DNA of 49,217 nucleotides from Rickettsiales bacterium (GTDB lineage Bacteria; Pseudomonadota; Alphaproteobacteria; Rickettsiales; UBA1997): NCBI GenBank assembly GCA_033763375.1, contig JANRKR010000006.1, positions 1 to 49,217 of the forward strand, read 5' to 3'. Shown piece by piece: positions 44,056 to 49,217 of this stretch (position 1 is its first letter; each line of letters starts with the position of its first letter). The notes under the pieces were generated by a model. It saw only the letters and a program-made list of their open reading frames with translations, ran no database searches and was not told where the DNA came from. The position numbers and the translations under genes were made by a program.

Positions 44056-45684
44056 TTAGTTTTTCATCAATTTATAAGTAATGCTATCATGAAGCGCGCG
44101 AAATGAAGCATCAACGATGTTTTGTGAAACGCCAATTGTCATCCATTTATTGCCAGTTTCATCCATCGATTCAATTTGTACGCGAGTTACTGCCTGAGTG
44201 CCTTGCAGCGGCGTTAAAATGCGTACTTTGTAATCAGTTAATTTGACTGTTTTTAAAGCAGGATATTTTTTTGATAAAGCTTTTCTTAAAGCCTTATCTA
44301 AAGCGTTTACTGGACCATTTCCTTCGGCAACTGCCAAACTAATTTTATTGCCGATTTTAATTTTTATTGTCGCTTCAGCAATTGTGACAACGCGGCCCTT
44401 AGCGTCAAATTTGCGTTCGTCCAAAACTCTAAATCCAACCAAATCAAAAAAATTAGGCACAGCTGAAAGCGATTTTTTAGCTAAAATTTCAAAACTGGCA
44501 TCGGCAGCGTCATAAGCGTATCCTTGCGCTTCCAACTCTTTGACTTTATTAACTAAATTAGCAACTTGGCTAACTTTTAGCTCGTCACGAAGTTCAATGC
44601 CAATTTCTTTTAAACGCGCGATAATATTAGAACGACCAGCTTGATCGGAAATCATAATTTGGCGCTGATTGCCAACTTTTTCTGGTTCAATATGTTCATA
44701 AGATTTGGCGTTTTTAGCAACCGCCGAAACATGCAAGCCGCCTTTGTGGGCAAAAGCATATTTACCAACATAAGGCGCGAATTTGTCGCGCTCTTTATTG
44801 AGTAAATCGTCAAGAAAATTCGAAGTTTTTACTAAGCTTTTTAAATGTTTTTCATCGATGCCAACGTCAAATCCCATCTTTAGCGACAAGGTTGGAATGA
44901 TGCTGATTAAATTAGCATTGCCGCATCTTTCGCCAAGTCCGTTGATTGTTCCTTGCACTTGACGAACTCCGGCTTCAACTGCGGCTAAAGAATTAGCAAC
45001 AGCATTGCCAGTGTCGTTGTGGCAGTGAATTCCTAGATTTTCGCCAGGAATTTCTTTGATAACTTCTTTAACAATTTTAGAAATTTCGCTAGGAAGTGTG
45101 CCACCGTTAGTGTCGCAAAGTACAATCCAGCGTGCGCCAGCGCCGTAAGCAGTTTTAATAGTGCGCATGGCAAATTTTGGATTAGCTTTAAAGCCGTCAA
45201 AAAAATGTTCGGCGTCAAACAAAGCTTCTTTTTTCTTTTTAACTATATGCTTGATGGAATCAGAAATTAGTTCCAGATTTTCTTTTTCCGAAATTTGCAG
45301 CGCATGTTTTAAATGAAAATCCCAACATTTTCCAACAATGCAAACCGATTTAACATTGGCGTTAGTAAGAGCGTTTAAACCGGCGTCGTTAGAAGCGGAA
45401 GCGCCACTGCGACGCGTCATGCCAAAAGCAACAAATTGTGATTTTTTTAATTTTGGTAAATTGGCAAAAAATTCATCATCAGTGTTATTAGCGCCCGGCC
45501 AACCACCTTCAATATAATCAATACCAAGCTCATCAATAATTTTGGCGATAGCAATTTTATCATGAACGCCAAAATTCACCGTGCTGGTTTGAGCGCCATC
45601 GCGCAAGGTTGAATCATATAAATAAACTCGCGGTTTATAATTAAGCAAATTCAAGTTAGATCTAATTAATTTTTTATTGGTCAT
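44056..45684 (-). CDS. cimA: citramalate synthase-type (LeuA-related) alpha-ketoacid:acetyl-CoA transferase
   Basis: 542 aa with YLYDSTLRDGAQ, IEGGWPGAN and HCHNDTGNAVANSLAAV, plus a C-terminal LeuA-dimer-like domain. Distinguishing CimA from LeuA is inferred from the N-terminus and length only. Confidence 0.7.
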   Translation of the reverse strand: MTNKKLIRSNLNLLNYKPRVYLYDSTLRDGAQTSTVNFGVHDKIAIAKIIDELGIDYIEGGWPGANNTDDEFFANLPKLKKSQFVAFGMTRRSGASASNDAGLNALTNANVKSVCIVGKCWDFHLKHALQISEKENLELISDSIKHIVKKKKEALFDAEHFFDGFKANPKFAMRTIKTAYGAGARWIVLCDTNGGTLPSEISKIVKEVIKEIPGENLGIHCHNDTGNAVANSLAAVEAGVRQVQGTINGLGERCGNANLISIIPTLSLKMGFDVGIDEKHLKSLVKTSNFLDDLLNKERDKFAPYVGKYAFAHKGGLHVSAVAKNAKSYEHIEPEKVGNQRQIMISDQAGRSNIIARLKEIGIELRDELKVSQVANLVNKVKELEAQGYAYDAADASFEILAKKSLSAVPNFFDLVGFRVLDERKFDAKGRVVTIAEATIKIKIGNKISLAVAEGNGPVNALDKALRKALSKKYPALKTVKLTDYKVRILTPLQGTQAVTRVQIESMDETGNKWMTIGVSQNIVDASFRALHDSITYKLMKN

Positions 45685-46740
45685 TTAAACTAAAAAAATT
45701 GTCATGCCAATTGCGGCAAAAAACATTGAAGCAAGCCAGAAGCTGCGCACTACCTTTTTTTCAGACCAGCCTAATTTTTCAAAATGATGATGTAGCGGCG
45801 CCATTAAAAAAATTCTTTTTTTGCGAATTTTGTAAGAGCCAACTTGCAAAATTACTGAAACGGCTTCGATAACAAATAAAATTGAAATTATAAAAAAGAT
45901 AAATTCTTCTTTGATAATAATTGCAATTAAGCCAAGAACTGAGCCAATCGCCAGACTTCCAACATCGCCCATGAAAATTTTTGCCGGCTTTAAATTGAAA
46001 GTTAAAAAGGCTAAAATCGCGCCAATTAAAGCGATGCAAAAGAAAATTAATTCTCCTGAAAATTTAACCTGCGGCACGCGAAATCTTGCAGCAAGTTCTG
46101 GCGTTGACGAGGCGTAAATTAATAAAATTAGACAACATAAATTTATAATTGCCGGCACCGAAACCAAGCCATCTAAGCCATCGGTTAAATTAACGGCATT
46201 CGACGTGCCAACAATTACCACATTAACAAAAAGCACATAAAGCACAATACCAAGCGCCACATAATGTCCGTGATGGATTGGTAAAAAAACGCGATTGCTA
46301 AAATGAATTTCATCAATCGAACCAAGCCATAAAAAAGCGATGCCAATTACACTAAATTGAATAATAAGTTTAATGCTGCCACGAAAGCCTTGAGGATTTT
46401 TGTAGAAAACTTTCAGCACATCGTCAACCAAACCAATCGCAGCAAAGGTTATAAAAATTGTACTTACAACCAGAATATAACGGTTAGAAATATCAGTGAA
46501 AAGCAGCGTGGTTATTAAAGTGGCAAGCACAATAAAAATACCGCCCATAGTTGGAGTTTTTTGCTTTGAAGCAATATGAGTTGCGGGACCAGATTCACGA
46601 ATTGGCTGAAAAAAGTGCGGATTATTGTGAGCAAATTTGATATATTTTTTAATTGAAAAAATTCCGATCAAATAGGACGAAATCAAACAAATAAAGGCTT
46701 TAAGCCAAAGAATTTGTAATAAAAAGAAACTAGTGAGCAC
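45685..46740 (-). CDS. mraY: phospho-N-acetylmuramoyl-pentapeptide transferase
   Basis: 351 aa and polytopic, with KQKTPTMGG, NAVNLTDGLDGL, MGDVGSLAIG and APLHHHFE. Confidence 0.92.
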   Translation of the reverse strand: MLTSFFLLQILWLKAFICLISSYLIGIFSIKKYIKFAHNNPHFFQPIRESGPATHIASKQKTPTMGGIFIVLATLITTLLFTDISNRYILVVSTIFITFAAIGLVDDVLKVFYKNPQGFRGSIKLIIQFSVIGIAFLWLGSIDEIHFSNRVFLPIHHGHYVALGIVLYVLFVNVVIVGTSNAVNLTDGLDGLVSVPAIINLCCLILLIYASSTPELAARFRVPQVKFSGELIFFCIALIGAILAFLTFNLKPAKIFMGDVGSLAIGSVLGLIAIIIKEEFIFFIISILFVIEAVSVILQVGSYKIRKKRIFLMAPLHHHFEKLGWSEKKVVRSFWLASMFFAAIGMTIFLV

Positions 46741-48154
46741 TGATTTTATTAGTTAAATTTTCGATTATTTTTTCCATTTTCATACCGCGCGAACCTTTAA
46801 CATAAAGAATATCACCATCAGCGATTAAGCTTTTAATTTCAAGGGCAGCGGCGTTTGAGTCGGTAAAAGTTTTATAAGAATTATCGGGTAATTTTTTTGC
46901 CATATTAGTCATGTTTTTACCAACTAAAATTGCAAAATCGGCGTGAGATTGTTTGAGATAATTTGCGATTGAATCATGCAATTCAACAGATTTTTCACCA
47001 AGTTCTAACATATCGCCAAGAGCTGCCACTAAACGCTTTTTTTTCAAAGCTGATTTTAATTCAAATGCATGTTCAAGTCCGGCTTGCATTGAAAGCACGC
47101 TGGCATTGTAACTATCGTCAATAACGGTGATATTTTTTTGCTCAATTTTTATTTCAAAAGCTTTGCCGCGACCCATAGTATTTTCAAGTTTATTCATGGG
47201 CTTCAAGCCAGTTTTTAGATCACATTTTAATAGATCAAGCGCTGCTACAATTATAGTTGAATTAAAAATTATAGTTTTGCTGCTGGCTGAAATTTGGTAA
47301 GAAATTTTATTCTGATTATTTAATTTAACAAAAGCTTCAGCAGCTTCTGCGCTTAGTATTTTCAATGATTCTAAACAATAATTACTGGCAGAATTTTTAC
47401 CAAAACTGATAATATTTTTAGAATCAACGCCACAAATTTCGGCGCGATTTTTTAAAAATTCATAATGTTGATTATCGCGATTAATCAGCGCCAATCCTTG
47501 CGGCTCAAGTCCTAAAAAAATTTCTGATTTTGCTAAAGCAATTTCTTGTTCATTTTTAAAAAATTCAATATGAACCGGACCAACAGTGGTGATAATTGCC
47601 AAATGCGGTCTGGCGAGGCGCGAAAGTGGCGCAATTTCATTTAAATGATTCATGCCCATTTCAAAAATTCCAAACTCACAATCACGTGAAAAATTACATA
47701 AAGACAGCGGCAAACCAATGTGATTATTAAGATTGCCAAAAGTGGCGAAAGTTTTGCCAATTGAACTAAAAGCCAAACGCAACATTTCTTTGGTGCCGGT
47801 TTTGCCAACTGAACCAGTAATAGCGATAATTTTGGCATGGCTGCGACGGCGCGAAAATTCTGCCAATTTATAAAGAGCGTTAAAAGTATTTTTTACTAAA
47901 AGAAAATCACAATTTTTAATTTTTGTCAAAGCTGATTCTTCGTGGATCAAGACGCATTTACAGCCATTTGTAATTGCTTGTTCTAAAAAATTATGCGCAT
48001 CGTTATTTTCACCTTTTAGCGCAATAAATAAGCCAGATTTTGGCGTTTTGCGACTGTCAATTACTACTTCATCAATTAGTAAATTGTTAGCTAATTGATG
48101 TTTTAAAAGCTCGCCAGATAAGGCTTCGAGCAATTCGTTTTTATTCCATATCAT
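46730..48154 (-). CDS. murF: UDP-N-acetylmuramoyl-tripeptide--D-alanyl-D-alanine ligase
   Basis: 474 aa with ITGSVGKTGTKEM (P-loop), DDSYNAS and MLELG. Confidence 0.88.
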   Translation of the reverse strand: MIWNKNELLEALSGELLKHQLANNLLIDEVVIDSRKTPKSGLFIALKGENNDAHNFLEQAITNGCKCVLIHEESALTKIKNCDFLLVKNTFNALYKLAEFSRRRSHAKIIAITGSVGKTGTKEMLRLAFSSIGKTFATFGNLNNHIGLPLSLCNFSRDCEFGIFEMGMNHLNEIAPLSRLARPHLAIITTVGPVHIEFFKNEQEIALAKSEIFLGLEPQGLALINRDNQHYEFLKNRAEICGVDSKNIISFGKNSASNYCLESLKILSAEAAEAFVKLNNQNKISYQISASSKTIIFNSTIIVAALDLLKCDLKTGLKPMNKLENTMGRGKAFEIKIEQKNITVIDDSYNASVLSMQAGLEHAFELKSALKKKRLVAALGDMLELGEKSVELHDSIANYLKQSHADFAILVGKNMTNMAKKLPDNSYKTFTDSNAAALEIKSLIADGDILYVKGSRGMKMEKIIENLTNKISAH

Positions 48155-49118
48155 ATAATTTATTTTTAATTTGATCTAATTCGTTTTCATCAAATCTAGC
48201 ACCAAATTTTTGAATAATTTTAGCGGCTAAATTATTGGCAAATTCTGCTGATTTTTCTAAATCGTGATTATTTATTAAGCCATATAAAAAACCAGCAGCA
48301 AACACATCGCCTGCTCCAGTTGAATCAATTGCTTTAATATTTTTTTGTGCTGCTACTTCTATAAATTTATTATCGTGAAAAACTTGGCAACCTTTTTCAT
48401 GTTTAGTTACAACGCCAATTAAGTTTTTATTTTGGTTAAAAAATTCAGCAAAATTATTTGAGTTGGTTAGCTCAAAAGCCTCTGCTTCATTGGCAAAAAC
48501 AATATCGAGATGATTTTTAATTAATTCTAAAAAATCTTTTTTGTGGCGCGCCACGCAAAAAGAATCGGAAAGTGAAAAAGCAATTTTGGCACCATTTTTT
48601 TTAGCTAAATTAATGGCTTTTTTTAATGCTAAAATTGTTGCAGGCGCGTCCCACAAATAGCCTTCCAAGTAAAGAATAGCGCAGTCTTTAAAAGCTTTTT
48701 CATCAATATCATTTTCGTTAATTTCCGAAGCGCAACCCAAGTAAGTGCACATTGTTCTTTGAGCGTCGGGCGAAACTAAAATGAAAGATTTTGCTGAAGC
48801 TTTGTGATGAATTTTGTCGCTGATAAAATCGCAGCCGCTTTTGGAAATTTCGCTGATAAATTTTTTACCAATTTCGTCATGACCAACTTTGCCGATAAAA
48901 GCGGTTTTGCAATTTAGTTGCGACAGCGTTGCAATTGTGTTAGCAGCCGATCCTCCTGAAGTGATTTTTTCTGGTTTTAATGCTGATAATTTTTGCGCGA
49001 TTTCTTCATCAATTAAAGACATCGAGCCTTTGACTAAATTATTTTCTTGTAAGAACGCGTCATCAACTTTGCAAACAATGTCAACAATGGCGTTGCCGAT
49101 GGCGATTATTTTTTTCAT
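48141..49118 (-). CDS. PfkB-family carbohydrate/nucleoside kinase (adenosine-kinase-like)
   Basis: The start is moved to ATG 49118 (M17, MKKIIAIGNAIVDI), because the upstream codons translate a hairpin repeat. It has GGSAANT and the C-terminal DSTGAGDVFAAGF. Confidence 0.8.
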   Translation of the reverse strand: MKKIIAIGNAIVDIVCKVDDAFLQENNLVKGSMSLIDEEIAQKLSALKPEKITSGGSAANTIATLSQLNCKTAFIGKVGHDEIGKKFISEISKSGCDFISDKIHHKASAKSFILVSPDAQRTMCTYLGCASEINENDIDEKAFKDCAILYLEGYLWDAPATILALKKAINLAKKNGAKIAFSLSDSFCVARHKKDFLELIKNHLDIVFANEAEAFELTNSNNFAEFFNQNKNLIGVVTKHEKGCQVFHDNKFIEVAAQKNIKAIDSTGAGDVFAAGFLYGLINNHDLEKSAEFANNLAAKIIQKFGARFDENELDQIKNKLYDME

Positions 49119-49140
49119 TTTTGAATTTTTTTTAAGCCAG

Positions 49141-49161
49141 ACCCCGTCATGAAGACGGGGT
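49141..49161. repeat. GC-rich hairpin accccgtc-atgaa-gacggggt; a degenerate second copy begins at 49200 and runs off the window
   Basis: The 8-bp perfect stem was read directly. The second copy, ctccatcgtgaagacggg, aligns to ccccgtcatgaagacgggg. Confidence 0.6.
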
Positions 49162-49217
49162 GACAAAATAATATAAACCGTAATTATTTAGAACTTTTAC
49201 TCCATCGTGAAGACGGG

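Noticed and set aside
49119-49166. N-terminal extension of the PfkB-kinase ORF (MSPRLHDGVWLKKNSK).
   Set aside because: It is encoded by the GC-rich hairpin repeat. The kinase fold starts at MKKIIAIGNAIVDI (ATG 49118).
1-49217. CRISPR arrays, rRNA operons, IS elements, integrases, prophage genes, and alternative genetic code (TGA as Trp).
   Set aside because: There is no regularly spaced repeat array and no transposase or integrase motifs in any long ORF. Housekeeping ORFs are full-length with standard stops (including TGA, e.g. the kinase at 36396-36398) and use TGG for conserved Trp.

Overview
This 49.2-kb window comes from an AT-rich, very gene-dense chromosome; many neighbouring genes overlap by 1-4 nt (TAATG/ATGA junctions). 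It is most likely alphaproteobacterial, because the RpoH has the alpha-type TYAMWWIRA-IQEY-LRSWSLVK / AAQKKLFFNLRK signature. That placement is my inference.

Most of the window is housekeeping:
- ribE and rpoH
- split glycine dehydrogenase (gcvPA/gcvPB)
- the conserved rpsB-tsf-pyrH-frr-uppS-cdsA block
- thiG and thiD
- phosphomannomutase, coaE, ccmH, dapF, efp, pntB, kdsD, pyrE, acpS, gpsA, guaA, pyrC
- a pfkB-murF-mraY-cimA string

Content worth a second look:
1. A 4.35-kb islet sits exactly between gpsA and guaA. It is bounded by 55-bp direct repeats (54/55 identical) that duplicate the gpsA 3' end. It carries a heme-oxygenase-like protein, a Cache/hybrid histidine kinase, and a fused nucleotidyltransferase-HEPN protein translationally coupled to the kinase.
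2. Two tandem genes encode a prepilin-type leader fused to a LamG-like domain. They are coupled to gcvPB.
3. An orphan three-gene PilM/N-PilO-PilP-like operon has no secretin or ATPase nearby.
4. A hisA-headed eight-gene operon has the family content of the CFA-synthase / DUF1365 / FAD-oxidoreductase (furan-fatty-acid-like) lipid-modification cluster.
5. A DUF4160 gene relic is wedged between gcvPA and gcvPB.
6. GC-rich palindromic (REP/MITE-like) elements occur in spacers, including a perfect 74-bp palindrome between pyrH and frr.
7. Several orphan acidic or low-complexity proteins are present, and ribosomal protein S2 has a histone-H1-like Lys-rich tail.

I found no rRNA, tRNA, CRISPR array, transposase or integrase. 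All functional calls come from reading the translated ORFs against remembered family motifs; no database search was run.
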